A stretch of 64,000 nt of DNA from Myxococcota bacterium (GTDB lineage: Bacteria > Myxococcota_A > Polyangia > Nannocystales > Nannocystaceae): assembly GCA_039028615.1 (NCBI GenBank), contig JBCCHT010000010.1, forward strand, positions 192,001-256,000, read 5' to 3'. Positions 19,373 to 28,262 of this stretch are shown one piece after another. Made by a program: the position numbers and the translations under genes. The notes below the pieces were generated by a model that ran no database searches, had not been told where the DNA came from, and was given only the letters and a program-made list of their open reading frames with translations. Position 1 is the first letter of the stretch. The number at the start of each line of letters is the position of its first letter.

Positions 19373-20092
19373 ATGCGACTTGTTTCCCTCGTTCCCGCAT
19401 TGATCGTCGCGTCTTTGGTGACCGCATGTGACGCCGACATGAACGATGTCGCCGTTCCCGATCACTTCATCGTTCGTGTCGAGAACGTGGGGGACCGTCT
19501 CGTGGCGAGCGATGGTACCGAGTATCTTCCCGCCTTCTCGCCCGGGGTGTGGGCGGTGGCCGACGAGGACACCGCGTTGTTCCTCGAGGGCGAAGCCGCG
19601 TCCCCGGGTCTCGAGACCCAGTGCGAGCAGGGCGATCCTCAGGTCCTGTTTGCCGAGCTGGAGGCGGGAGGGAGCAACGCGGGCTTTTATCCCGTAGAGG
19701 AGATGGGCTCCTACCTCGAAGGCCCCATCCTTCCCGGCGACGTGCGGCAGTTCGAGGTCGTGGCGCAGCCCGGCGAGCACCTGTCGCTAGTGGGCATGTA
19801 CGGGCAGTCCAACGACATCTGCGTCGTGCTCGATCGCATCGCGATGTTCGACCCCGAGGCCATCGATGGCGAGATGACGGGCGAGCTGCGCTACTTCGAC
19901 GCGGGCACCGAGCTCAACGAAGAGCCCGGCATCGGCCCCAACCAGCCCTCGCAGGAGACGACGCCCGGCTCGGGCATGGCCGAGGACGGCACCATGAGCC
20001 CGCTCGAAGGTGACGTCGATGCGGCCGGCCATCGCTACCCCGCGATTACCGAGTACCTGAAGCTCACCGTCGAGCCCGTGTTCGAATCCTAG
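19373..20092 (+). CDS. Spondin-N domain lipoprotein
   Basis: Lipobox LVTAC; FSPGVWAV, LF..G.AASPGLE, SLVGMYGQSND, FDAGTELNE. Confidence 0.8.
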   Translation: MRLVSLVPALIVASLVTACDADMNDVAVPDHFIVRVENVGDRLVASDGTEYLPAFSPGVWAVADEDTALFLEGEAASPGLETQCEQGDPQVLFAELEAGGSNAGFYPVEEMGSYLEGPILPGDVRQFEVVAQPGEHLSLVGMYGQSNDICVVLDRIAMFDPEAIDGEMTGELRYFDAGTELNEEPGIGPNQPSQETTPGSGMAEDGTMSPLEGDVDAAGHRYPAITEYLKLTVEPVFES

Positions 20093-20496
20093 GGGGTCGA
20101 GCCGGGCTCGCGGTCTTTTTGGCGAATCTCCCCGGTCAGCACCTTCAGCGCGACGGTCTCTCCGTTGCGCACGTCGACCTTGATCTGCGCGTTGTCGCAG
20201 CCGGGAGCGAGGGTGACGATGCGGTCGGGGAGCACGATGGCTCGCACCCCGGGCTCTTGCCGGGTGAGGCCGAGCCGGGCCACGCCGGTCGACCAGACCA
20301 TCGCGTTCGGGCGCTTTTCGTCCTCGGCGCCCGCGGCCAGCTCGTAGTGGGGCGTCACCGTCTTGCGCTCGGCCTCGAGGCGCTTCATGTACCAGCGCCC
20401 CGCGAAGCCGGCCGCCACGACCCCCGCGATGATGCCCAGGTAGACCCAGCGACGGACCCGTGAACCGTCGCGGTACCCGGTCAGCGGCCCCACCAC
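20089..20496 (-). CDS. Hypothetical single-TM protein (start uncertain)
   Basis: 3' part of ORF 20089-21810: TM WVYLGIIAGVVAAGFAG followed by a small beta-rich domain; stop overlaps the spondin stop (CTAG). Confidence 0.6.
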   Translation of the reverse strand: MVGPLTGYRDGSRVRRWVYLGIIAGVVAAGFAGRWYMKRLEAERKTVTPHYELAAGAEDEKRPNAMVWSTGVARLGLTRQEPGVRAIVLPDRIVTLAPGCDNAQIKVDVRNGETVALKVLTGEIRQKDREPGSTP

Positions 20497-20582
20497 CTGA
20501 AGATCGGGCGGCGCCTCGAGGAGCTCGTCGAGGTGCCCCTCGGTGGGCTGCTCGCCTTGTTGCTGGCGACGGAATTCGCGTC

Positions 20583-21845
20583 TCACAGCGTTTCGTCGTC
20601 GCGCCCCGCCTCGTCGAGAAGCCGGGCGCCTTCCATCAACAGGTGCGTGGTGGACGACTGCACGGTGTCTTCGACGTCGACGGTGGTGACGCTGAAGCTG
20701 AAGGTGCCGGCCTGCCACGACAGCATGTGATAGATGCACTCGCGTCCGGGCAGGTCGGGCTGGCCATCGATGCGCGCCGACACGACGCGTCCGCCTCGCA
20801 AGAAGACCTGGCCCATCTTGTCGCTGCCCGGCTTCATCAGGCTGAGCACGCCCTGCTTGCGCTCCATCTCCATCATCATGAGGAGGCTGGACAGACCGAG
20901 CTGCTCGAGCTTGCCGTGCAAGCCGGTGGCGCGACGCGGTCGTTGCTTGTTGCTGGGCGGGCGCGGCGTGTGGGGCTCGCTGGGCGGAGGGACGGACCCT
21001 GCGGCGCCCGGGTAGGGCGGAGGCTGTCCCGGTTGGCCTGGCTGCCCCGGTTGCCCGGGCTGACCCGGCGGCGGGTACTGACCGGGATACTGGCCGTACT
21101 GCGGCGGGTACTGGCCCGGATACTGCGGCGGGTACTGGCCCGGATACTGGCCGTACTGCGGCGGGTACTGACCGGGGTACTGCGCGGGCGGGTACGGGTA
21201 CGGAGCCGTGGGCATGGGGTGCACGCCCGAGTTGTGGTTCTGCGGGGGTGCGGGCGGGTAGCCCGGAGGCGGGTGACCACCCGGAGCGCCTTGGCCCGCG
21301 GGCGGGTAGCCCGGCAGCGTGTGCACGCCCGAGTTGTGGTTGGGCGGCGGACCGGGGATGGCATGCACACCCGAGTTGTGGTTCTGCGGGATCTGGTGCA
21401 CGCCCGACGCGTGGGTCTGCGTGGGCACGTTGTGCACGCCCGAGCTCGAGCCGCCCCCATACGCGGGCGGGTTCTGGCGACTGGTGAGCGCCGCGTCGAC
21501 CCGACGCTCGAGGTCTTCGAAGCGGAAGGGCTTGGCCAGGTAGTCCTCTTCCGTCATCCCGAGCGAGCGCAGCTTGGCTTCGTCCTTGCCGAGCGCGGTG
21601 AGGAAGATGACCGGGATGGTCGCGTATCGCGGGTTTTGCCGGAGCTGCTTGATGAACGTCCACCCGTCCATCACCGGCATCATGACGTCGCTGATGATGA
21701 CGTCGGGCGCATGGGCACCCACTCGGTCCAGCGCTTGCCGACCGTCCCTCGCGGTGTCCACGGTGAAGCTCCGCTTCCTCAGAGAGGCGGTGACCATCCG
21801 TAGAATCCACGGGTCATCGTCGACCACCAGGATTCGAGCGCCCAT
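20583..21845 (-). CDS. Response regulator: receiver, P/Q/Y/G-rich linker and DUF4388 domain
   Basis: ILVVDDD, IISDVMMPVMDG, FLTA, YLAKPF; C-terminal LHGKLEQLGLSSLLMMMEMERKQGVL...WQAGTFSF...LLMEGARLLDE. Confidence 0.9.
   Translation of the reverse strand: MGARILVVDDDPWILRMVTASLRKRSFTVDTARDGRQALDRVGAHAPDVIISDVMMPVMDGWTFIKQLRQNPRYATIPVIFLTALGKDEAKLRSLGMTEEDYLAKPFRFEDLERRVDAALTSRQNPPAYGGGSSSGVHNVPTQTHASGVHQIPQNHNSGVHAIPGPPPNHNSGVHTLPGYPPAGQGAPGGHPPPGYPPAPPQNHNSGVHPMPTAPYPYPPAQYPGQYPPQYGQYPGQYPPQYPGQYPPQYGQYPGQYPPPGQPGQPGQPGQPGQPPPYPGAAGSVPPPSEPHTPRPPSNKQRPRRATGLHGKLEQLGLSSLLMMMEMERKQGVLSLMKPGSDKMGQVFLRGGRVVSARIDGQPDLPGRECIYHMLSWQAGTFSFSVTTVDVEDTVQSSTTHLLMEGARLLDEAGRDDETL
21035..21445 (-). repeat. 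Coding low-complexity repeats: SGVHxxP x5, QYP(P/G) arrays, (PGQ)n
   Basis: Recurrent DNA units such as TACTGCGGCGGGTACTG and CAC(G/A)CCCGAGTTGTGGTT are visible on the + strand. Confidence 0.85.
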
Positions 21846-21855
21846 TCGCTTGGCT

Positions 21856-21884
21856 AGCGTAGGCCGCGCCCAATGGGGTGTCAA
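21856..21884 (-). promoter_or_regulatory. Sigma70-type promoter of the REC-DUF4388 gene
   Basis: TTGACA (21884-21879), 17 nt, TACGCT (21861-21856), 10 nt before the ATG. Confidence 0.75.
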
Positions 21885-22061
21885 ACCTACGAGAATGCGC
21901 CCTAGCGGGGATTTCTACCCCACCGAGTTCTCAGGGGAGCATCGGCCGGGGCACCCCGATCTGCAACTTCAGCCGGTCTTGCCGGATCGGAGATCCCCTG
22001 CGGGGCAGCCGGCGTCGCTGCGAGCGCCCGGCCGTAAGTCCCGTAAGGGATCCCCCGGGCT

Positions 22062-23531
22062 TCACGTGGGTTCGATTCGGGTGAGCCAACTAGGCCGTAC
22101 CTGCGCCCACATCACCTCCGCCACTTGCCCCAGCTTGGTTCGCGCGAGGCGGGCAGCACCGCGGGCTCGTCGAACGCGATCGCCCATCGGATACATCGAG
22201 GCGTGACGCGGGACGAAGCTGCTGCCGAGCGCATGGCGAGCGGTCTTGAGGTACTCGGTGAGGAACACGTGGGGCCGTCGCTCCGAGCACGACAGCAGCG
22301 CCATCGAGCGACTGCGGGCCGTGTCGCCGCTGCCCCAGTAGCCGAACAGCGCGCGGCGGATGGCTCGGGTGCCGTCCTCGCCTCCGCGGAAGGCCTCGTA
22401 GATCGCCTTGGCCAGCGCCTGGCGGGTGGGCACGTAGCGGTCGTGCTCCGAGCGATAGCGTCGCAGGGACTCGGCGTCGAACCAGGCCTCGCCCGCGGGC
22501 ACGTGGGAGCGGCGTCGGGCCTGCTCCCCGAGGGTCTCCGCGTCGCGTAGGCCCATGGTCATGCCGCTGGCGGTGATGGGGTGGGAGCACCCCGCCGCAT
22601 CGCCCACGAGCACCAGACCGGGCATGGCGGCCGAGGGCGCGGGCAGGTCGACGGTGGGCGCCATGTGCAGCGGCCCGCGATGCTCGGTGATGGCGGCGGC
22701 GAGCTCGGCCGACAGCGGCGCGGGCACGAAGGGCACGTAGGTGCGGATCAAGTAGTCCTTGAGCGCCTCGCCCTTGGCCGGCAGGTGGTGCGGCAAGTCG
22801 ATGGTGACCCGGGTGATGACCGTGCCATCGTCCTCGCGCAGGATCGGATAGGCCAACACGGGGCCCCAGGCGCCGAGGAACACATGGGCGTAGCCCGGTC
22901 GGGGCAGCGTGGCGTTGCGCAGCTCGACGCCCGCGGTGAAGCCGATGGTCTCGCGCCCTTCGTCGGAAATCCCGGCCATCTTGCGGACCGAGCTGCTCTT
23001 GCCGTCGGCCGCGATCACCAGGTCGGCTCGGACCTCGCACCGAGGGGAGTTCCGATTGTGCAGCGCGACGCCGTCGATGCGGTCGCCGTCGCGGAGCAGG
23101 TCGCCGACCGACCAACCCTCGAGCAGCTCCACATGGTCGCGTCGGATGTCCGCCCGCAGGGTTCGCACCAGCTGCTTGTGGTGTATCGACAGGCCGCGGG
23201 GGCGCTCGTCGGGGACCTTGGCGTAGCTGAGGTCCACGAAGCGGGCGTCGGCGTTCTCGTAGACGGCGAAGCCTCCGACCTCCACGCCCCCCACTGCATG
23301 CAGCGCGGAGAACAGCCCGAGGTCGTCGAGGATCTGGGCACCGCGGGGGTGGATGAGCTCGCCGGAGAAGCGCGGGTGCACGTCGGGGTGACGGTCGACC
23401 ACGAGGATCCGGCGCTGCTTGGCGCTGTCGGCCTGCGCGAGCGCCCGGGCGGTGGCGCAGCCGGCCAGGCCCGCCCCCACGATGATGGCGTCGTAGCGTT
23501 GGTGACGAAGCGGGGGGCGGTTTTCGGTCAT
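22062..23531 (-). CDS. Squalene epoxidase (squalene monooxygenase)-like FAD-dependent monooxygenase
   Basis: GAGLAG; RFSGELIHPRG (compare SQLE GEFLQPGG); ADGKSSSVRK; GPVLAYPI..TRVTID; GDAAGCSHPITASGMTMGLRD (compare [21 protein letters not shown]); LAKAIYEAF..IRRALFGYW. Reference motifs recalled from memory. Confidence 0.85.
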   Translation of the reverse strand: MTENRPPLRHQRYDAIIVGAGLAGCATARALAQADSAKQRRILVVDRHPDVHPRFSGELIHPRGAQILDDLGLFSALHAVGGVEVGGFAVYENADARFVDLSYAKVPDERPRGLSIHHKQLVRTLRADIRRDHVELLEGWSVGDLLRDGDRIDGVALHNRNSPRCEVRADLVIAADGKSSSVRKMAGISDEGRETIGFTAGVELRNATLPRPGYAHVFLGAWGPVLAYPILREDDGTVITRVTIDLPHHLPAKGEALKDYLIRTYVPFVPAPLSAELAAAITEHRGPLHMAPTVDLPAPSAAMPGLVLVGDAAGCSHPITASGMTMGLRDAETLGEQARRRSHVPAGEAWFDAESLRRYRSEHDRYVPTRQALAKAIYEAFRGGEDGTRAIRRALFGYWGSGDTARSRSMALLSCSERRPHVFLTEYLKTARHALGSSFVPRHASMYPMGDRVRRARGAARLARTKLGQVAEVMWAQVRPSWLTRIEPT

Positions 23532-23539
23532 GGCGTCTC

Positions 23540-25525
23540 TCAACGAGTGGTGGCCTGGAGGTAGGCGTCGAGGGCGAGGGCGGCCTCGCGGGGTCCCGCG
23601 CTCGGGTCGAAGCCAGCGGGGCTCAGGCCGAGTCCGCGGGCGACGGGGCGCGACCAGGTCTCGAGCTGGCGCGCGGGGCAGTGCTGGACGTGGTCGGCGA
23701 GCCAGTCGGCGGCGCGCTCGGCCTGGACGTCGGGTCGGCCCAGGGCGAGCAGGCCTCGTAGCGCGTGCGCCGTGTCGGTGCTGGAGCCGAAGCTGCCGTC
23801 CTCGAGCTGGCGCGCGCGGAGGCGTCGGTCCAGCTGTTGGACCAGCGGGTTCGAGGCGGGGCACAGGGCGCCCACGGCTCGGGCGAGCACCGCGGTGGTC
23901 TCCAGGGGGCCGATGGTCGCGTGCTCGTGCAGCTGCGGCACCACGGCGCGCTCGAGCCAACGCAAGCCGCGGGTCACCCGATCGTCGTCGAGGCCGAAGC
24001 CGGCGTCGGCCAGGGTGGCGAGCACGTGGGCGCTCAGGTGTACGTGCTCGGCGTCATTGGGGCGGCCGTAGGCGAGCAGGTCGGCGTCGGACCAGGGCAG
24101 GTGCCGCATGGCCACCGCGGACTCGCCCCGTTCGAAGCGAGCGAAGCGGCCGTCCGACTCCTGCATCGCGAACAGCACGTCGAGCGCACGGCGAGCCGAG
24201 GCCCACGACGCGGTCACCTGCGGGTGATCCTTGGGCAGGGTGGCCAGCGCCTCGAGCACGGCGCAGGTGCTCTGCACGTCGACGTGGTGGGTGGCACCGG
24301 GCTCGTGGGGCCAGCCGCCCGTGGCCGCGTCGGCGCGTGCCTGCCAGGGGCCGCGGGTGGTGAGCTCTTGGTGCAGCAGCCACCCGATCTCGCGGTCGTT
24401 GGCCCCGCAGGCGAGCAGCCGACCGGCGTGGGCGAGCGAGGCTCCGCCGAGCCCCTGCGCGAGGGCGGTCTCTCCCGCGCCGCGCCCCTGAGGCACACGA
24501 ATGCGGCCTCGGCAACGTCGGAGGTGATCGAGGCCACGCCGCAGCCGGAGATCGTGCGACACGACGCCCATCACGCGCAGGGCCACGAGGCTCAGCAGGG
24601 TGGGGCGCAGGGAGAACCATCCGCCGTGGCCTTGCTGGTGCTCGTCGATCCAGGTGAGCTCGCGTCTCGTCGCCAGCTCGGGCAGCGGTCCTCGCGGGAG
24701 CTTGCGGGCCAGCTTCACCGTGCGGTCGAAGGCCTGCAGCAGGTCGCCGGCCAGCCCCGGTCGCGTCAGGCGGGGGGCCATCGGCTCGCCGTCGTTGCGC
24801 GGGAGCAGCAGCGGGGTCGCGTCGGGCAGGTGCAAGAACGCGGGCGCGCGAGCGATGAGCTGGTACGGGGTCAGCACGCCACGGGCCCACGCCGAGAACC
24901 GAGCGGGCGACAGGGCCAGCTGCGGCGGCAGCAGGAACAGCTCGCTGGGGATCGCGGGCAGCCAGCTCCAGGGGATCTGTCCGCCCATCGCGAGCCACAG
25001 CCGCACCGAGAAGCTGGCCCGCTGCGCTCCGCCCAGGCGGTGCACGACCCGGCTGGCTCGCAGCATGGGCTCACTGTCGATGTCGTCGCCCGCGTCGCGC
25101 AGCACCCACCACCCCAAGGTCGTCAGGGACAGATCGGGGTTGCCCTGCGCGTCGAGCCAGGCTCCGCTGTCGTCTTGGGCTCCGCGCACGAACGCGGTGA
25201 GGCCCGTGCGCTCGTCGGGGCGCAGATCGTGGAAGAGACGATCGGCGAGCAGGACCTCGCAGGTCGGGCCGATGTCCGGCACGTGCAGCAGCCACCGCGG
25301 CGTGTCGTCCCGGGTACCCAGACCTGCGCGTTCGCGCCATTGCCCCGCGTGCTCGCGAGCTCGGTCGGCGGCCACCTCGAGAGGAGAGCGGCCGTAGTCG
25401 ACATGGAGAGAGGCGGCGGGTTGCTTGGAATCCAGCATGGAGGAAAGCCAGGTCGGAAGGGAGACGAGCCGAGATCCAGCGGAAGCAGCGCGGGGGCGAT
25501 GCTGCAGATTCGGCTTCATCGCCAC
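23540..25525 (-). CDS. Squalene-hopene cyclase homologue with degenerate catalytic motif (DVQST instead of DXDDT)
   Basis: Collinear with SHC: QDDSGAW..PDLSLT, EPMLRA..GG, RLWLAMGGQIPW..P.EL, FSAWARG, QQGHGGW, GGW...DVQSTCAV, MQESDGRF, SAHVL, QLEDGSFG, TAHAL. Start 25525 or 25519 after AAGGGGG. Confidence 0.85.
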   Translation of the reverse strand: MAMKPNLQHRPRAASAGSRLVSLPTWLSSMLDSKQPAASLHVDYGRSPLEVAADRAREHAGQWRERAGLGTRDDTPRWLLHVPDIGPTCEVLLADRLFHDLRPDERTGLTAFVRGAQDDSGAWLDAQGNPDLSLTTLGWWVLRDAGDDIDSEPMLRASRVVHRLGGAQRASFSVRLWLAMGGQIPWSWLPAIPSELFLLPPQLALSPARFSAWARGVLTPYQLIARAPAFLHLPDATPLLLPRNDGEPMAPRLTRPGLAGDLLQAFDRTVKLARKLPRGPLPELATRRELTWIDEHQQGHGGWFSLRPTLLSLVALRVMGVVSHDLRLRRGLDHLRRCRGRIRVPQGRGAGETALAQGLGGASLAHAGRLLACGANDREIGWLLHQELTTRGPWQARADAATGGWPHEPGATHHVDVQSTCAVLEALATLPKDHPQVTASWASARRALDVLFAMQESDGRFARFERGESAVAMRHLPWSDADLLAYGRPNDAEHVHLSAHVLATLADAGFGLDDDRVTRGLRWLERAVVPQLHEHATIGPLETTAVLARAVGALCPASNPLVQQLDRRLRARQLEDGSFGSSTDTAHALRGLLALGRPDVQAERAADWLADHVQHCPARQLETWSRPVARGLGLSPAGFDPSAGPREAALALDAYLQATTR

Positions 25526-25742
25526 GGTCCCCCTTGCTCCACGGTTGAGCAGTGATCCGCGTCACAAGCCATTTGAACGCTGTTCTTGGCGGAATCGGGG
25601 ATCCGAGGCCAGCGGCGAAGGAGGCTTCCGATGGGGTGTGCAGGCTGGATCGCAGTGATGGCTCCGGGTCGTTGGCGCAGCGGGCAGCGGACCACTTTGC
25701 GCACCTGGACCGACCTTCGTTGCTCGGGGATACTGCAAGGCG

Positions 25743-26375
25743 ATGCTCGTCAAGCTCCTCCGTTCGAAAGCCCTTGCCGCTCTCCCGGTGCTTCTCGTTG
25801 CTCCTCTCGTGACCGGTTGCGACGAAGAGCCCGAGAGCCTCGAGCATGGATTCGTCAACGTCGAGTTCAAGCGGGGGCAGTCGGAGGAGACCAGCCCCTA
25901 CACCGGCACCTCGACGGTCCAGATCACGCTGCTGTATCGCGAGTGCCTGATCGCGTTCTACGACGCCAATCCTCAGTACCAGCAGCTCGGTGAAGACGGC
26001 GAACCGGTGTTCGGCGCCCGTGACCTGGGCGGCGAGGGCTGGTTCGATCGCCTCTGCGACGAGCGGAGCGGTCAGGCGGACTGCACCGTGCTCGAGTTCC
26101 GACAGGAGCTCGACCAGGCGTCGCAGCTCACCATCGAGTACGAGATCAACGGTGACCTCGAGGACCGGGTGCTGCCCTTCGGCCCCATTCCCACCGAGGA
26201 GCTGGCGAGCTGCGCCGCGGGTGGTCAGCCCATCGTGCGCGTCGGCAGCAACGGCGCGGTGCGAGGCCTCGACGCCAACGGCGACGTCGTGTGGGCCACC
26301 GAGGCCTTCGAGCCCTCGGAGGCGGCGACCGGCCAGGGCGCGCCCATCACGATCCGCGCCGGGCGGTCCAACTAG
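25743..26375 (+). CDS. Hypothetical lipoprotein
   Basis: Lipobox LVTGC; acidic beta-rich domain. Confidence 0.75.
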   Translation: MLVKLLRSKALAALPVLLVAPLVTGCDEEPESLEHGFVNVEFKRGQSEETSPYTGTSTVQITLLYRECLIAFYDANPQYQQLGEDGEPVFGARDLGGEGWFDRLCDERSGQADCTVLEFRQELDQASQLTIEYEINGDLEDRVLPFGPIPTEELASCAAGGQPIVRVGSNGAVRGLDANGDVVWATEAFEPSEAATGQGAPITIRAGRSN

Positions 26376-26390
26376 TCGCCGCAAGGCCGC

Positions 26391-27065
26391 ATGGCGGTGC
26401 GTCATCGATCCATTGCGTTCGGGCTGACGCTGGCCGCCTGCTCGCCGCCCAGCACCACCCAAGAAGAAGGCAAGGCTGCGCCCCGGGCCGTGGAGCCCAC
26501 CCCGGAGCCAGCTGCGTGTCTCGAGTCGGGAGCCTCCGAGATCTGGACGAGCTTCGAAGGAGGGCGCTGCGGCTTCGAGCTGCGTGAAGACGAAGAGGCG
26601 GGCGGGCTGTTGCTCGACGACCTCTCCGCGGAGGTGCCCGGCTCCCCCGCGGGCGAGGCTCCCGAGGCCTGTCGCGACCGCACCTGCGTGTACGAGGGCA
26701 TCGCCACCGTGGCCGGCCCCCTCGTGCTCGCGGTCGCGCCGTCTTCCGATAGCGGCATGCCTTCGGGTGTGTTCCTCGGCTACGTGGCGGAGGGGCGGCT
26801 CGTGTTCGTGGACCTGTGGGAGGACGCCGGCGATCCCGTGCAGACCGACTACACGCGGGTGGGGCCTGCTCATGCGCTCGCCCCCTTCGTCTGCGAAGAC
26901 AAACTCGCCGTGCTCGCCGTGCCGCGGCTCGAAGCCGCCCGAGGTCTCGAGCCGCCCCAGCGCTTGCAGGCACGCGAAGGTCGACTGGACGCGGCGGGCT
27001 CGAGCACTGCGCTCGCGCCCGAGGCTCGGGCCGGGTGCGAAGCCGTCGCGCTACCGGTTCCCTGA
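26391..27065 (+). CDS. Hypothetical lipoprotein
   Basis: Lipobox LAAC; several Cys; 15 nt after the previous stop. Confidence 0.7.
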   Translation: MAVRHRSIAFGLTLAACSPPSTTQEEGKAAPRAVEPTPEPAACLESGASEIWTSFEGGRCGFELREDEEAGGLLLDDLSAEVPGSPAGEAPEACRDRTCVYEGIATVAGPLVLAVAPSSDSGMPSGVFLGYVAEGRLVFVDLWEDAGDPVQTDYTRVGPAHALAPFVCEDKLAVLAVPRLEAARGLEPPQRLQAREGRLDAAGSSTALAPEARAGCEAVALPVP

Positions 27066-27080
27066 TACGCTGCCTCCGTC

Positions 27081-27704
27081 GTGCCCGAGTCGACCGATGG
27101 CGAGCTGCTGGCCGGGTGGGCCAACGGTGATCGAGAAGCCGGCGAGCGGTTGGTGGCTCGCCACTTCGAGGCCGTCGTTCGCTTCTTCCACAACAAGATC
27201 GACCGCGATCACGACGACCTGATCCAAAAGACCTTCTTGGGCTGCCTGGAGAGCCGAGCCCGGTATCGTGGCGACGCCAGCTTCCGGGCGTTCCTGTTCG
27301 GGGTCGCGCGCAACGTCTTGGGCAAGCACCTGCGGGGTCGCTACCGCGATCCGGTGCCGCTGGACTTCGCCCACGTGTCCGTGGCCGAGCTCGGCAGCTC
27401 GCCCAGCCAGCTCATCGCCGATGACCAGCGCCAGCAGATGATGCTCACCGCGCTGCGACGGATCCCGCTGGATCACCAGACGGTGCTCGAGCTGCACTAC
27501 TGGGAAGGCATGACCGCCCAAGAGATCGGCCCCATGCTCGGCGTCCCGGTGGGCACGGCCAAGACGAGGCTGCGGCGCGCCAAGCAGCTGTTGTCGGCGG
27601 AGCTGTCCGATCTGGCGGCGGGGGTCAGCGGCGCCGAGCCGACCGAGACGCGGCTGGACACCTGGGCCCGCGGGATTCGGCAGCGACTCGAGCCCTCGGG
27701 CTGA
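27081..27704 (+). CDS. ECF-type sigma-70 factor (paralogue of 5802-6428)
   Basis: HDDLIQKTFL..FRAFLFGVARN; LRRIPLDHQTVLELHYWEGM..EIG..LGVPVGTAKTRLRRAK. Confidence 0.9.
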   Translation: MPESTDGELLAGWANGDREAGERLVARHFEAVVRFFHNKIDRDHDDLIQKTFLGCLESRARYRGDASFRAFLFGVARNVLGKHLRGRYRDPVPLDFAHVSVAELGSSPSQLIADDQRQQMMLTALRRIPLDHQTVLELHYWEGMTAQEIGPMLGVPVGTAKTRLRRAKQLLSAELSDLAAGVSGAEPTETRLDTWARGIRQRLEPSG

Positions 27705-27731
27705 GAGCGTGGCGAAGGCCGGCCCGGTCGT

Positions 27732-28160
27732 TCACCGCTCGGCGCGGCGCGCTTGGCAGACGGCACGGACGCGCTCGGCCGGCACCGCGAGCGCCCGCAG
27801 CAAGTAGCGACGAAACTCCTCTTCATAGGGTTGCTCGGCCGCCGCCTTGGTCATGCACGACATCCAGGCGTCGCGCTCCGCCTCCCCGATGGGAAAGCGG
27901 GCGTGGGCATGGGGGATGCGAATCGAGCCATAGCGCGGTTGGTAGCGCTTGGGCCCGCCGAGCCATCCGCACAAGAAGCGGGCGAGCTTGTCCTTGGACA
28001 CGGTGAGGTCGGCCGGGTGCATGCGGCGGATGACCTGCGCCTCCGGGAGCGTGTCCATGTGGGCGTAGAACGCGTCGACGAGAGCAGTGATGCCGTCGAC
28101 GCCGCCGGCCGCGATGAAGGAGGCGTCGCCCTGTCCGTACTTCGGTGTCGCGTCGGTCAT
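27732..28160 (-). CDS. Group II (O-type) truncated haemoglobin
   Basis: GG..GI..LVDAFY, FLCGWLGGP..Y, HARFPIGEAERDAW. Confidence 0.92.
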   Translation of the reverse strand: MTDATPKYGQGDASFIAAGGVDGITALVDAFYAHMDTLPEAQVIRRMHPADLTVSKDKLARFLCGWLGGPKRYQPRYGSIRIPHAHARFPIGEAERDAWMSCMTKAAAEQPYEEEFRRYLLRALAVPAERVRAVCQARRAER

Positions 28161-28262
28161 GAAGGCCGTGCTCCGCTCGATACCCTACTCGAAACTGGCG
28201 CGCCCGCCGACGAGCGGATCCCGTCGTTCGAGCGTCGATATGTTTGGTCGAGTCGTGACGCT

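Noticed and set aside
23540..25525. Calling the cyclase a normal oxidosqualene cyclase or an active hopanoid SHC
   Set aside because: Neither DCTAE nor DXDD is present and most active-site aromatics are missing.
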